Assembly (NCBI GenBank): GCA_043816785.1 | Contig: JBDRHP010000061.1 | Location: forward strand, 1 to 22,304 | DNA from: Candidatus Margulisiibacteriota bacterium | GTDB lineage: Bacteria > Margulisbacteria > WOR-1 > O2-12-FULL-45-9 | DNA length: 22,304 nucleotides | Direction: 5' to 3' | Shown: positions 6,333 through 16,068 of the stretch, in pieces | Position numbering within the stretch: position 1 is the stretch's first letter | Layout of the letters: each line of letters starts with the position of its first letter | Notes under the pieces: model-generated | The model's input: the letters and a program-made list of their open reading frames with translations, nothing else | Told to the model about the DNA's origin: nothing | The model's database searches: none | Position numbers and translations under genes: made by a program

Positions 6333-8792
6333 TTACTGAGAAACAGCATGCATCACTTCATCAACACCTATTTTTTCTCCGTAACTGATATGTATTTTAT
6401 TGTTTGAATCAATTACCAAAGAATTATAATATCCATTACCAGTGCTTTCTTCACCGCCTGGATCAACCGTCTGATACACCCAACTTCCAGATGTATTATT
6501 CATATATTTCAAAGAATTTTGATAACAATAACTTATATGAACTTTATTATTAGAGTCTACACCCAATGATGCATTAGCCTTATTTCCTGACGTATCAGCA
6601 AATCCCTGGGGTAATGCCTCAGTTATCCATCCTCCACTCATATTGGTTGCATATTTCCGAGAATTTGGTGAGCTTACCCCATAACTAATATGGGCCTTAT
6701 CATTAGAATCCAAAGACATTGAAACACCAATTGGAATAAGATTATTAAGATCATCTACTATTTCTTTCGGCCATGTTCTACCAACATTTTCAGTTGTGTA
6801 TTTTACTGCATGATTTGTTGTATCCCCATAACTAATATGCACTTCATCATTACTATCTAAAGCTATTGATGTGCCATATACATATACCGAATCAATTGTG
6901 GCTGTGCTCCAATTCCCCGAAGCGTTTCTTATGTATTTAAGTGAACGAGAAGAGTTGCTTTCATCTCCAGCGCAAGCAATATGTACTTTGCCGCTTGAAT
7001 CTACTGCAATAGAAAGATAGGATACCGGGGAGAGGTCAGGGAAAGTCCCCCCCTCTGTTACCCAGGCTCCAGAACTATTGGTTGCATATTTAAGAGCACG
7101 AGCAGTGTCAAGGTAACACACATGAGCATATCCATTTGAATCTACCGCTATCGATGGAGTAGATGCATTATTATAAGCATTTGAACTAATCGTTTCAGTA
7201 ACCCAACTACCAGACGCATTGGTTACATATTTTAGATCCTGATCAGATAAACCTTTATAGCACATGTGAACCTTGTTATTTGAGTCTACTGCGATTGCAG
7301 TTTGTGGTAAGTTTACTGAACCCACAGATTCTCTAACAAAGGGTACCCCCGCAGTTGTAAAACTCCACGTATAATCATTAGCTAAATCATTTCCAGACAA
7401 ATCTGCAATATCACCCTTATCAACTAAAACCGTATATGCCGTTCCCCCAGCTATTGGGTAATCATTGCTACGAGTTATAATATTATTATTAGAATTATAA
7501 GAAATGCTTCCACTGAACCACCCCTTATAAGCAGAAGATAGCTGAACCGAGGCCAAAGTTAACGGAGAATCATCTATCCCCTCACTAAAAGTTACGGTTA
7601 TATCCGTATCTTCAGACACTCCAGTTGCCCCACTTACAGGAGTTATAGAAGTTACCGTGGGTGGCGTTGTATCATCATGCGCTGCAGTTGCAAACGACCA
7701 ACTGTAGGGGCTTAACATACTATTCCCTACAGCATCTTTTACAGTCCTGTCCACGGCAACAGTATAGGCATGATTTCCATCAAGATCACTTAAAGGTTTA
7801 AATGTGGCAACAAATAAAGCGTCATTATAAACAACTGTTCCTAAAACATTGCTGGATCCGGAAACCACAATTGTATTAGTATTAATAGTAGAATCATCCA
7901 TTGCTTCCGAAAAACCTATTTTAATTTCTCTGTTTATATCAATCTCAGTTGCTCCACTAGAGGGGTAAGTTTTTACTACTGTCGGAGGGGTCGTATCTGC
8001 AGAACACGTTGTTGTAAACGTCCAACTATAGTTGCTTCCCATTTGATTTCCTACTACATCTGCTACGGTTGAAGCAACTGTTGCCACATAGGTTGTACAA
8101 AGATCTAAGTTAGAAGTTGGATCAAATTTTGCCGTTCTAGTGTTTTCGACATAGCTTACTGTTCCTGCAATCTGCGAGTTTGGCGATGATAAAATAAATG
8201 TAGAAGAACTGATCGTTGAGGTATCCATGTCCTCATCAAACGTTGCCGTCACATTTGTTCCTTGCGAAACACCGGTAGCACCATGAACTGGATATTCAGA
8301 TGATACATGGGGAGGCGCTGCATCTACTGTGCTAGATGTGGTAAACGACCACGTATAATCGCTTGCCATTTGATTCCCTGCTATATCCCTTACGGTGGAA
8401 GAAACTACTGCTGTATATGTAGTACTCAAAGCTAGATAGGATGTCGGGTTTATGGTAGCAATATAAGTAGTCGAGTCATAACTTACTGTTGCTGCAACTT
8501 GCCCTGATGAAGACGATAAAGTAAAAGAATTTGTGTCAATTGATGTTGGATCCAGATCTTCAGTAAAGGTTGCAATTACATTAATACCTATAGACACATC
8601 AGTTGCTCCACTAATAGGATAAACATCAGCAACTTGAGGAGGAGTTGTATCACCTCCTGGTACGACAACTTGCCCACATCCTCCACTTAAGTAAAAAGAA
8701 CCAAGACCTATTATCAGAATAAGTATGGCCCCAACACCAAGACTATAAACATGAGGCCTACGAAAGAAATTAAATATTTTTTCAATTAACAC
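6333..8792 (-). CDS. Secreted/membrane-anchored surface protein with 4 bacterial Ig-like (Big_5/SbsA-type) repeats and a C-terminal 7-repeat beta-propeller; possible lipoprotein
   Basis: GTG start with RBS AAGGAG. Hydrophobic N-terminus then LSGGCG. Four DxxPPxV...P..GAT.V...F.E..D...D..GN...Y.WSF(T/A)T repeats and seven (s)iavDSnnkvHisY repeats. Markedly AT-rich codons. Confidence 0.85.
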   Translation of the reverse strand: MLIEKIFNFFRRPHVYSLGVGAILILIIGLGSFYLSGGCGQVVVPGGDTTPPQVADVYPISGATDVSIGINVIATFTEDLDPTSIDTNSFTLSSSSGQVAATVSYDSTTYIATINPTSYLALSTTYTAVVSSTVRDIAGNQMASDYTWSFTTSSTVDAAPPHVSSEYPVHGATGVSQGTNVTATFDEDMDTSTISSSTFILSSPNSQIAGTVSYVENTRTAKFDPTSNLDLCTTYVATVASTVADVVGNQMGSNYSWTFTTTCSADTTPPTVVKTYPSSGATEIDINREIKIGFSEAMDDSTINTNTIVVSGSSNVLGTVVYNDALFVATFKPLSDLDGNHAYTVAVDRTVKDAVGNSMLSPYSWSFATAAHDDTTPPTVTSITPVSGATGVSEDTDITVTFSEGIDDSPLTLASVQLSSAYKGWFSGSISYNSNNNIITRSNDYPIAGGTAYTVLVDKGDIADLSGNDLANDYTWSFTTAGVPFVRESVGSVNLPQTAIAVDSNNKVHMCYKGLSDQDLKYVTNASGSWVTETISSNAYNNASTPSIAVDSNGYAHVCYLDTARALKYATNSSGAWVTEGGTFPDLSPVSYLSIAVDSSGKVHIACAGDESNSSRSLKYIRNASGNWSTATIDSVYVYGTSIALDSNDEVHISYGDTTNHAVKYTTENVGRTWPKEIVDDLNNLIPIGVSMSLDSNDKAHISYGVSSPNSRKYATNMSGGWITEALPQGFADTSGNKANASLGVDSNNKVHISYCYQNSLKYMNNTSGSWVYQTVDPGGEESTGNGYYNSLVIDSNNKIHISYGEKIGVDEVMHAVSQ

Positions 8793-8803
8793 ATCTTATC
8801 TCC

Positions 8804-11560
8804 TTACTTTGCTAAATCCTGCAATATCTTCTTCAATTCCTGCAGCCTGTCGCCAAAAGCGCCAAAATCACCCTGACGCAGTTTTGACTGCGCCTGATTG
8901 TAGATCTCCAGTCCCTTTTGAGCCAGCACTTTGGGGCTCAAATCCTGGCGAGCCTCTACCCTGACCCGGGAACTTGATACCTTGCCGGAAAAGACAGCAG
9001 ACAAAGCCCGATCAAGCGTTTCTTCCATAGCCACATTTTTGTCATAAACCGCGATCACCCGTTTCAGCTCCGGCAGCTCACCAGAGGAAGCCTCCAGATA
9101 GATCGGCTCAATATATAGAATTGATTGTTCGATCGGTATCGCTAAAAGATTACCGCGAATGACCCGCGAGCCCACCTGCCCCCAAAGCGTGAACTGCTGG
9201 GAAATTTCTGTTTGCTGGTCGATCCTGGCTTCGATCTGCATTGGCCCGTAGATCAGTTTATCTTTGGGGAATTTGTAAACGATCAGTTTGCCGTAATTTG
9301 GCAGGTCAGAGCGGCCCGCCAGCCAGGCGATCATGTTATCTTTGTTGTTTGGCGTGAACGGCTGCATCAGCAAAAACTCTTCCCTTTCCTCCTGCGGCAG
9401 CTTCATAATTATGTAATACGGCACCATAGGAACTTCTGAGCCGGCATAGATCTCCTTAGGCGTGTGCCAGAGGTCTTCCTGGTTATAAAAGACTTCCGGA
9501 TCATCCATATGAAAAGCCGCGTACTTATTCGCCTGGACTTTGAATAGGTCTTCTGGATAACGCAGGTGCTTTTTCAGGCCTTCCGGCATCTGGGCAACCG
9601 GTTTAAACAGCGCTGGATAGATCTTTTGATAAGTTTTTATCAGTGGGTCCTTATCATCAACAATATAATATGTAACATCGCCATTGTATGCATTGATAAT
9701 GACCTTAACTGAATTACGGATGTAATTAAATTTGTCAAAGCCTGAGCCAGTTGGATCCGAATACGGATACAGGTCCGAAGTAGTATAAGCATCCTGGATC
9801 CAGAAAAGCTTGCCGTCAGAGACAACAATATAGGGATCGCGGTCATAGCGCAGGAAAGGCATGATCTTTCTCACCCGCTGGTGAATGTTGCGGTCAAATA
9901 AAATTCGGCTATCAGAAGTGATGTAGTCTGTCAGCAGGATCTTCAGATCAGCGTATTTGATCGTAAAGGCCAGGCGCCGCCAAATCGAGCTGATCTGCAC
10001 CCCGCCCTTGCCCTGGTAGGTAGTATAGATGTTCTTATCCCCCTTGGGATAATCAAATTCTTGCTCAGAGGTTTTGACAATAACATAATTATTAGTCTCT
10101 TCACCGTAATAAAGCTCCGGACGTTTTATCTTTAAGTTGGTTTTTGTTTCCGGCGGGATATTCTTGATCAGCAGATCAGGCAAGCCCTCCTGGGTCTGCT
10201 CGTTAACCGGCGAAAGACAAACCCCATAGCCGTGAGTGAACTTCAAATGCTGGTTAACCCAGGTCTGGGCCTTCTCAGGCAGCTTGCCGACCTTAAGTTC
10301 GCGTGCTGAGAGCATTACCTGCTGGTATTTGCCCTTGATTTCATAACGGTCAACATCCACATCATTAAAATCATAGTAAAGGCGGATGCCCTGCAGCTGG
10401 CGGTAGGTCTTGATCAAGGGCCGCGGATCCCAGAGCCGGATATTGCTGATGGTCTGGTTATTGCGCCGCAGGTCGCGCAGGCTCAAATTGTAATTAGCGG
10501 CAAATTCTTTTTCCTCGATCTTATCCAGGCCGTAAGCTAAACGCGTAAATTTAATTCCATTAGCTATATACGGCGCTTCCATAGATATTTCGCTGGGCTT
10601 GACCTGAAGGTTTTGGACGATTGCCGGATAAATGCCGCCCATGGCAATGGCCACCACAATGTATGCGGCAATCCCAGCTATCGGCAGCCGGTTTTCTTTA
10701 ATAAAGATGGTCAAGACAAAAAGCGCTGCCGTGATCATTAGCACAAAGATCTGTAAATTGTAACCGAGCAGCTGAGCTGTAACATCGGCATAGCCAGCGC
10801 CAAAAACCACGCCGCGCACTGAATACAATATTTCCAGCTCACCCAGCCATAAGCCCCAGGTAAAAACCAGGGTGATCGCCGCCAAGAGAATTGCCAGATG
10901 GGGTTTTACTCCCCGGCCGAAAGAAAGTTTAAGCTGAGAAAAAGAGATACTGCCGGATATCAGGTAATTCCAGATAGCAGCGATGGTTGAGAGCAGCAGC
11001 GCGGAGAAAATAAAACCCTGCAAAAACTTCTGCAAAGGAAAGTTAAAAACATAAAACCCCACATCATAGCCAAAGACCGGATCGCTGACACCAAACGCCG
11101 AAGCGTTTAGGGCTTTGAGCACAACCTGCCATTGGGTAACAGCTGACAGCCCCATGAAGATCGAAACCACCAGGATGCCGAGGCCCCACAAGAGATTGAT
11201 CTTTTTCTCCAGGCCTGGATCCGGGGTAACGTTGACGTAATCTCCGCCTTCGCTGCCCCTTTCTTCACCAAACAGCTGCGAGATCATCTTTTTTAGGTCT
11301 CTCTCAGGCCGTAGCTTGGTCTGTCGGGTTCCTTTGGTCAGCCAGCGCGCCACAAAGATGTTGCTGGCGGCAATAAGCAAAAACAGCAGGCCAAAACCAA
11401 GGCCAGTCAAAGCCTGAGCCTTGATATTCATCCAGAAAATTGAAGCAAAGCCCAGGTTATCAAACCAGAGCAAAGTAGGAAAAAGCGAGACCAGCCCCTG
11501 AAAAATAAACCAGAAAACAAAGAGCAGAAAGATCATTAATCCAAACGGAAATTTACGCAT
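8804..11560 (-). CDS. UPF0182 family membrane protein (COG1615-like)
   Basis: 918 aa. N-terminal TM helices with LWFDNLGF, DPVFGYDVGFYVF, GAGYADV; then NIRLWDPRP, DVDRY, FTHGYG, NYIRNSVK, HLRYPEDLF, VIRGNLL, LPELKRVI. RBS AAGGAGG. Confidence 0.95.
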   Translation of the reverse strand: MRKFPFGLMIFLLFVFWFIFQGLVSLFPTLLWFDNLGFASIFWMNIKAQALTGLGFGLLFLLIAASNIFVARWLTKGTRQTKLRPERDLKKMISQLFGEERGSEGGDYVNVTPDPGLEKKINLLWGLGILVVSIFMGLSAVTQWQVVLKALNASAFGVSDPVFGYDVGFYVFNFPLQKFLQGFIFSALLLSTIAAIWNYLISGSISFSQLKLSFGRGVKPHLAILLAAITLVFTWGLWLGELEILYSVRGVVFGAGYADVTAQLLGYNLQIFVLMITAALFVLTIFIKENRLPIAGIAAYIVVAIAMGGIYPAIVQNLQVKPSEISMEAPYIANGIKFTRLAYGLDKIEEKEFAANYNLSLRDLRRNNQTISNIRLWDPRPLIKTYRQLQGIRLYYDFNDVDVDRYEIKGKYQQVMLSARELKVGKLPEKAQTWVNQHLKFTHGYGVCLSPVNEQTQEGLPDLLIKNIPPETKTNLKIKRPELYYGEETNNYVIVKTSEQEFDYPKGDKNIYTTYQGKGGVQISSIWRRLAFTIKYADLKILLTDYITSDSRILFDRNIHQRVRKIMPFLRYDRDPYIVVSDGKLFWIQDAYTTSDLYPYSDPTGSGFDKFNYIRNSVKVIINAYNGDVTYYIVDDKDPLIKTYQKIYPALFKPVAQMPEGLKKHLRYPEDLFKVQANKYAAFHMDDPEVFYNQEDLWHTPKEIYAGSEVPMVPYYIIMKLPQEEREEFLLMQPFTPNNKDNMIAWLAGRSDLPNYGKLIVYKFPKDKLIYGPMQIEARIDQQTEISQQFTLWGQVGSRVIRGNLLAIPIEQSILYIEPIYLEASSGELPELKRVIAVYDKNVAMEETLDRALSAVFSGKVSSSRVRVEARQDLSPKVLAQKGLEIYNQAQSKLRQGDFGAFGDRLQELKKILQDLAK

Positions 11561-11585
11561 AAGGACCTCCTTTAAGAGACTCTTT

Positions 11586-11614
11586 AATTTAGCATAGTTT
11601 AATCATTTTTTCAA
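11586..11614 (-). promoter_or_regulatory. Putative sigma70 promoter of the UPF0182 gene
   Basis: TTGAAA-17 bp-TAAATT with extended -10 TG in the AT-rich divergent intergenic region. Confidence 0.55.
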
Positions 11615-11621
11615 ATTACTC

Positions 11622-11649
11622 TTGTTTTTTGCGACAATTATGTTAAGAT
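11622..11649 (+). promoter_or_regulatory. Putative sigma70 promoter of DUF2892-MFS
   Basis: TTGTTT-16 bp-TAAGAT with extended -10 TG, upstream of RBS GGAGG. Confidence 0.4.
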
Positions 11650-11677
11650 ATCGGTCAAATCGCACAGAGGAGGAAGC

Positions 11678-11887
11678 ATGGGTAAGCCCATCCCGCAAAA
11701 TCAAAGCACCGCTGATCGCTTTATAAGGATAATTATTGGCGGCGCGTGTTTGATCATTCCCTCTTATATTTATGTTCCCAACGTGGTTTTGTTGGGTTTG
11801 CTGGTTATCGGATTTTATTTGATGCTCACCGGCCTGGCTGGTCAGTGTTTTGTTTACAAATTATTCGATGTTAAAACCTGTAAATAA
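11678..11887 (+). CDS. DUF2892 (YgaP-like) small membrane protein
   Basis: N...DRFIRIIIG, two TM helices, TGLAGQCFVYKLF..KTC; strong RBS GAGGAGG. Confidence 0.85.
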   Translation: MGKPIPQNQSTADRFIRIIIGGACLIIPSYIYVPNVVLLGLLVIGFYLMLTGLAGQCFVYKLFDVKTCK

Positions 11888-13106
11888 GCTGACTATAATC
11901 CCAAGGCATGCCCGGTTTTCCCACGTCCTCAGAAATAAAGATTTTCTATTTCTCTGGCTTGACCAGCTCATGTCCCAATTAGCTGACAGGTTTCTGCTTT
12001 ACGTCTTGCTCGTCATTGCCTACGGCGCGACCAGGAGCAACCTGGGCGCCAGCCTGCCGCTGCTGGCCTTTGGCGGCTCCGCGGTCGTTTTCGGCCCGAG
12101 CGCCGGGGTCTTCGTTGATCGCTGGAACAAAAAGCTGGTCATGGTTATTGCCAATCTCCTGCGCGGCGCTTTGATCCTGCTCTTGATCCCGTTCATCGGC
12201 CACCACCTGGGCGAGATCTTCCTGCTCAGTTTTATAATATTTTCTGTATCGCAATTTTTTGCCCCTGCGGAAACAGCCAGTATCCCTACGTTGGTGGAAA
12301 AAAGGGATCTAATAGCAGCTAACTCCCTGTTCATGATGACCCTGATGGTTGCCTCGATCATCGGCATCGGAGCGGCAGCCCCATTGACCAATTTTTTTGG
12401 CATCAGAACGGTCCTGATCATTTCTGCCTCTTTGCATTTGACATCAACCTTGGCCACATTCATGATCTCTCTGAAGCACAAAAAGAAAAGTACCAGCCCC
12501 AGCTTAATGAACCTGTTCAAGGAATTAATCATGGGCCTAGAATACATCCGGCGCAAATCCATTATTCGCTTTGCTTTGGCCAAGCTGTTCTTTGCCACTG
12601 CAGTCCTGGCAACCATCTGCTTGTTAGCGGTTAGTTTTTCCGAAAAGATCTTAGGCATAGGAGCCAAGAACTTTGGCTACCTGATCCTTGCCGCTGGCAC
12701 CGGCATGGCCATAGGCGCCTTGTTCGTGGGCCGTTTTGGTCATCATTTCAAGAAGGACCGCCTGGCCCATCTAGGTTTTTTGCTGGCCGGCTGTTCCCTG
12801 CTCATCCTGGCCAATGCGCAGGACCTGTGGATCGTGCTGGCCACGATCTTTTTCCTTGGCGCAGGCAACGCCTTTATTGTTTCGCCGCTGCAGACGATAC
12901 TGCATGAAAAAGTCCCCCGATCGATCCGCGGCCGGGTCTTTGGCGTTCAAAATATGTTCATTAACTCAGCTTTTACTTTTCCTGTCGTAATCTTCGGCGA
13001 GCTGGCAGATCTGATCGGTTTACGCACCATCATCCTTGTGCTGGGCGCTTCTGTCCTGTTCAGCGGAGCGTTGGACACACTTGTATCTTTTTTCCAGCGG
13101 GATTAA
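11868..13106 (+). CDS. MFS transporter (DHA3/MFS_3-like, 12 TM)
   Basis: FLFLWLDQLMSQLAD, motif A (AGVFVDRWNKK), QFFAPA, GRVFG. Start uncertain (first ATG at 11868, overlapping DUF2892). Stop overlaps the convergent gene at TTAA 13103-13106. Confidence 0.9.
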   Translation: MLKPVNKLTIIPRHARFSHVLRNKDFLFLWLDQLMSQLADRFLLYVLLVIAYGATRSNLGASLPLLAFGGSAVVFGPSAGVFVDRWNKKLVMVIANLLRGALILLLIPFIGHHLGEIFLLSFIIFSVSQFFAPAETASIPTLVEKRDLIAANSLFMMTLMVASIIGIGAAAPLTNFFGIRTVLIISASLHLTSTLATFMISLKHKKKSTSPSLMNLFKELIMGLEYIRRKSIIRFALAKLFFATAVLATICLLAVSFSEKILGIGAKNFGYLILAAGTGMAIGALFVGRFGHHFKKDRLAHLGFLLAGCSLLILANAQDLWIVLATIFFLGAGNAFIVSPLQTILHEKVPRSIRGRVFGVQNMFINSAFTFPVVIFGELADLIGLRTIILVLGASVLFSGALDTLVSFFQRD

Positions 13107-14605
13107 ACAATCAGGTAATTAAAGAAGCATAATAAGATCACCAGGGCGATGATCATCCAAAGCAAATGAGTATTTAGGTTCCTGGCATGCAGTTGCCTCA
13201 TTTTGTTACAGCTGGCCACCAGGACATCAACCGACCGGTTACTAAGGCGGTCCAGGCTGAGAATATCCCACAGAGCTATGTTCTGGAGTCGGTCTGACCG
13301 GAGAACAAGCCAATAAATGCCTGAACCCAGTAAAATGACCAGCCCTGCGTCAAAAAATAACCAGAAGCTCCATAAGTTCTTGTCCAACACCAACCCGACC
13401 GCTGAAGCAACATAGCCCAGGACCGGCTGAGCCATAAGTCCGACCACCAGACAACCAGCGGCCAAAAGCAACATTGGCAGGACCATCAGCCAGGGAACTT
13501 CTTTGGTTTGCTCAAGCTTGGCCGGCAGCTCTCCCAGAAACGCGCCGCAGAACAACTTAAGCATCAAAGCGAACGTGCCGGCAGAGGTCAGGACAAGAAC
13601 GACCTTCAAGGCCGGGGCTGCCGAAGCGGCCGCGGACAAAAGAGCCTTGCTGGCAAAACCGTTAAAAGGCGGGATCCCGGTAATGGCCAAAGCGCCAAAA
13701 GCAAAAGCTAGCGTGGTCAAAGGCATGCGCTGCCCTAAGCCGCCCAGTTTGTCCAGATCACGTTCACGCGTAGCAAAAATGATCGCGCCAGCACAGAGAA
13801 AGAGCAGCATTTTGAACATGGCATGGTTAAGCATATGGAACAAGCCGCCGCTCACCCCTAACCCAGTCGCCAGGCCAAAACCCAGCACAACATAACCCAT
13901 TTGGCTGATGCTGCTATAAGCCAGCAATTTTTTTATATTGGTCTGCTTTAAGGCCAGGACCACGCCAAAGAGCATGGAAATAGCACCAGCCCAGACCAAG
14001 GTTGAGTTGATCAGACCCAGGACGAACATCAGACGCAGCACACCATAAGCCCCGATCTTTATGGCAATGCCGGATAAGAGAGCTGAGATCGGCGACGGCG
14101 CGACCGGATGAGCCTCCGGCAGCCAGATATGGAACGGCACTGTCCCCACCTCGAACAAAAAACCGATCAGGAACAAACCAAAGATCAGTCCCAGCTTGGC
14201 CTGAGGCAAAGTAGAAGCAACATTGGCAATAGCGGCCAGATCAAATGTGCCGGTCAGGTTATACAGCATTAACGAGGCCAGCAACAGGAACAGTCCGCCC
14301 AAAAACATCATTAAGATATACTTAAAACCAGCGGGAAAGGACTCTTTCTTGGTGTTGTCAATGATCAGGAAATATATGCCGACTGTCATGATCTCCAGGA
14401 ACACATAAAGAGTTAAAAGGTCCCTGGCCAGCACTGATCCGACCATGCCAATTAAAGCAAGCAAAAGAACAAAATAATAGCGAAAGAAGTTCCGGCGCAC
14501 GTAAGCCAGTGAATAAACAAAGACCATGGGAAATAGACAGGCGATCATGATCAACATGAATTTGCTTAGGCCATCGATCGGCCACATTGGCACAGTAAAG
14601 ATCAT
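13103..14605 (-). CDS. Second antiporter-like subunit (MrpD/MrpA/NuoL-M family) of the Mrp-type complex
   Basis: YVFLEIMT, PFHIWLPEAHPVAPSPISALLSG, KKLLAYSSISQMGY, HMLNHAMFK, GIPPFNGFASK. Start at ATG 14605 by ATGA overlap with the upstream stop. C-terminal amphipathic segment plus a final TM helix. Confidence 0.9.
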   Translation of the reverse strand: MIFTVPMWPIDGLSKFMLIMIACLFPMVFVYSLAYVRRNFFRYYFVLLLALIGMVGSVLARDLLTLYVFLEIMTVGIYFLIIDNTKKESFPAGFKYILMMFLGGLFLLLASLMLYNLTGTFDLAAIANVASTLPQAKLGLIFGLFLIGFLFEVGTVPFHIWLPEAHPVAPSPISALLSGIAIKIGAYGVLRLMFVLGLINSTLVWAGAISMLFGVVLALKQTNIKKLLAYSSISQMGYVVLGFGLATGLGVSGGLFHMLNHAMFKMLLFLCAGAIIFATRERDLDKLGGLGQRMPLTTLAFAFGALAITGIPPFNGFASKALLSAAASAAPALKVVLVLTSAGTFALMLKLFCGAFLGELPAKLEQTKEVPWLMVLPMLLLAAGCLVVGLMAQPVLGYVASAVGLVLDKNLWSFWLFFDAGLVILLGSGIYWLVLRSDRLQNIALWDILSLDRLSNRSVDVLVASCNKMRQLHARNLNTHLLWMIIALVILLCFFNYLIV

Positions 14606-16068
14606 GGCGCCAGCACCTTGACCGCGGGCTCGATCAGGCTCAGGACCACACCAGGAAATAATCCGACCAAAAGACACAAAGCGGCAAAAACATAGGTTGA
14701 AAAATGCTCAAAAGGCCCGACTGGTATCGGCACAAAATCAGGTTTTTGCTTAAAATCTTCTTGAGAAAAAAATGTCTGGATGACCCGGAAGAAATAAGCC
14801 GCGGTCAAAAGTATGCCAAAAAAAACAAAGGCCAGCAGAAAGTAGTTCTGCTTCTGCAGCACGGCCTCAATAATGAACAATTTACTGGCAAACCCATTGA
14901 ACGGCGGGATGCCGATCACGGCCAGCGCCAAAGCGCAAAAAGCAATAGTCATGCCAGGCATTTTCCGCCAGACACCCTTCATCTGATCGATCCGCCAGAA
15001 ACCTGTTTGGGAAATAATAATACCAGCACAGAAAAATAACCCTGTCTTGATCAGCGCATGGTTGAAGATATGGAACAATCCGCCCTGAAAGCCAATACTT
15101 GAACCCAAACCAATGGCGATCAGGATAAAGCCGATCTGATTGATGCTTGAAAAAGCCAGCAGCTTTTTGAGCTCATCCTGGGCCAGGGCCAGACAAGCAC
15201 CGACAACCAGGGTAATAACACCTAAATACGTAAGGATACTGCTCATGCCATCCATAAAAATGGTCGAACCAAAAAATAAAAAGAAGACCCGCAGTATGGC
15301 GTACAAGCCGACTTTGAGGATCAAACCTGAAAGCAAACCGCTGACCGGGGTCGGCGCCTGGGAATGTGTTTCAGGGATCCAGGTATGCATGGGAAAGATG
15401 CCGCACTTAACGCCAAAAGCGGTCAGCATCAGGGCAAAGATCAAATAGACGACATGAGGATTAGCTTGATAGATGCCGGGGATCTGCGCGGCTATCTGGT
15501 CCATGTTCAAACTACCCGTCAGACCATAAAGCAAGGCAATGGCCAGCAAAAAAAGCACCCAGGCTGATTCGGTCATGATCAGGTATTTAAAACTTGCCTT
15601 GATCGCCCGGTCCTTGTGTTTATAAGTCACCAAAACGTAAGAAGCCACGGCCAGGACCTCAAAGAAAACGTACATATTGAATATATCACGGGTCAGTACG
15701 ATACCCAAAATACCTGCCAGAGCGACCAGTAGCAGCGAATAATATCTTCTGGCATATAAATAGGTGCCCAATGAATAAACAACGATCAATAGACCGATGC
15801 CCAGGACAAGACTGGCAAAGAAGAAGCTTAAACCATCCACCTGCAGACTGATGCCAACTGGCGGCGGCCAGCCGCCCAGATCATATTTAATAACTTCACC
15901 GGAAAAAATCTGAGGAACAAGCATCAGCAGAAAAAAAAGCGACGAGCCCAGACCGGTAACAGCCACAAGTTCCGCACCTCTTCTTAAAGGCGTGTATTTG
16001 GTCAAGTGGGTCAAGAAAGCTGCCAGCAATGGCAGCACAATTATAAGGATTGCCGCATGCCCGATCAT
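14602..16068 (-). CDS. mrpD: Mrp-type Na+/H+ antiporter subunit D (MbhH-like)
   Basis: GGWPPPVGISLQVDGLS, DIFNMYVFFEV, KCGIFPMHTWIP, KKLLAFSSINQIG, NHALIK, PPFNGFASK. Confidence 0.92.
   Translation of the reverse strand: MIGHAAILIIVLPLLAAFLTHLTKYTPLRRGAELVAVTGLGSSLFFLLMLVPQIFSGEVIKYDLGGWPPPVGISLQVDGLSFFFASLVLGIGLLIVVYSLGTYLYARRYYSLLLVALAGILGIVLTRDIFNMYVFFEVLAVASYVLVTYKHKDRAIKASFKYLIMTESAWVLFLLAIALLYGLTGSLNMDQIAAQIPGIYQANPHVVYLIFALMLTAFGVKCGIFPMHTWIPETHSQAPTPVSGLLSGLILKVGLYAILRVFFLFFGSTIFMDGMSSILTYLGVITLVVGACLALAQDELKKLLAFSSINQIGFILIAIGLGSSIGFQGGLFHIFNHALIKTGLFFCAGIIISQTGFWRIDQMKGVWRKMPGMTIAFCALALAVIGIPPFNGFASKLFIIEAVLQKQNYFLLAFVFFGILLTAAYFFRVIQTFFSQEDFKQKPDFVPIPVGPFEHFSTYVFAALCLLVGLFPGVVLSLIEPAVKVLAP

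Noticed and set aside
6134..6388. 84-aa plus-strand ORF across the intergenic region
   Set aside because: TTG start, antisense to two genes, and partly explained by the displaced UPF0182 3' fragment
7330..8660. Repetitive sequence as a CRISPR array or DGR template/variable repeat
   Set aside because: The repeats are diverged protein-domain repeats. The 60-bp duplicate at 6262/8804 differs at synonymous sites rather than only at adenines, and no cas or reverse transcriptase gene is present.
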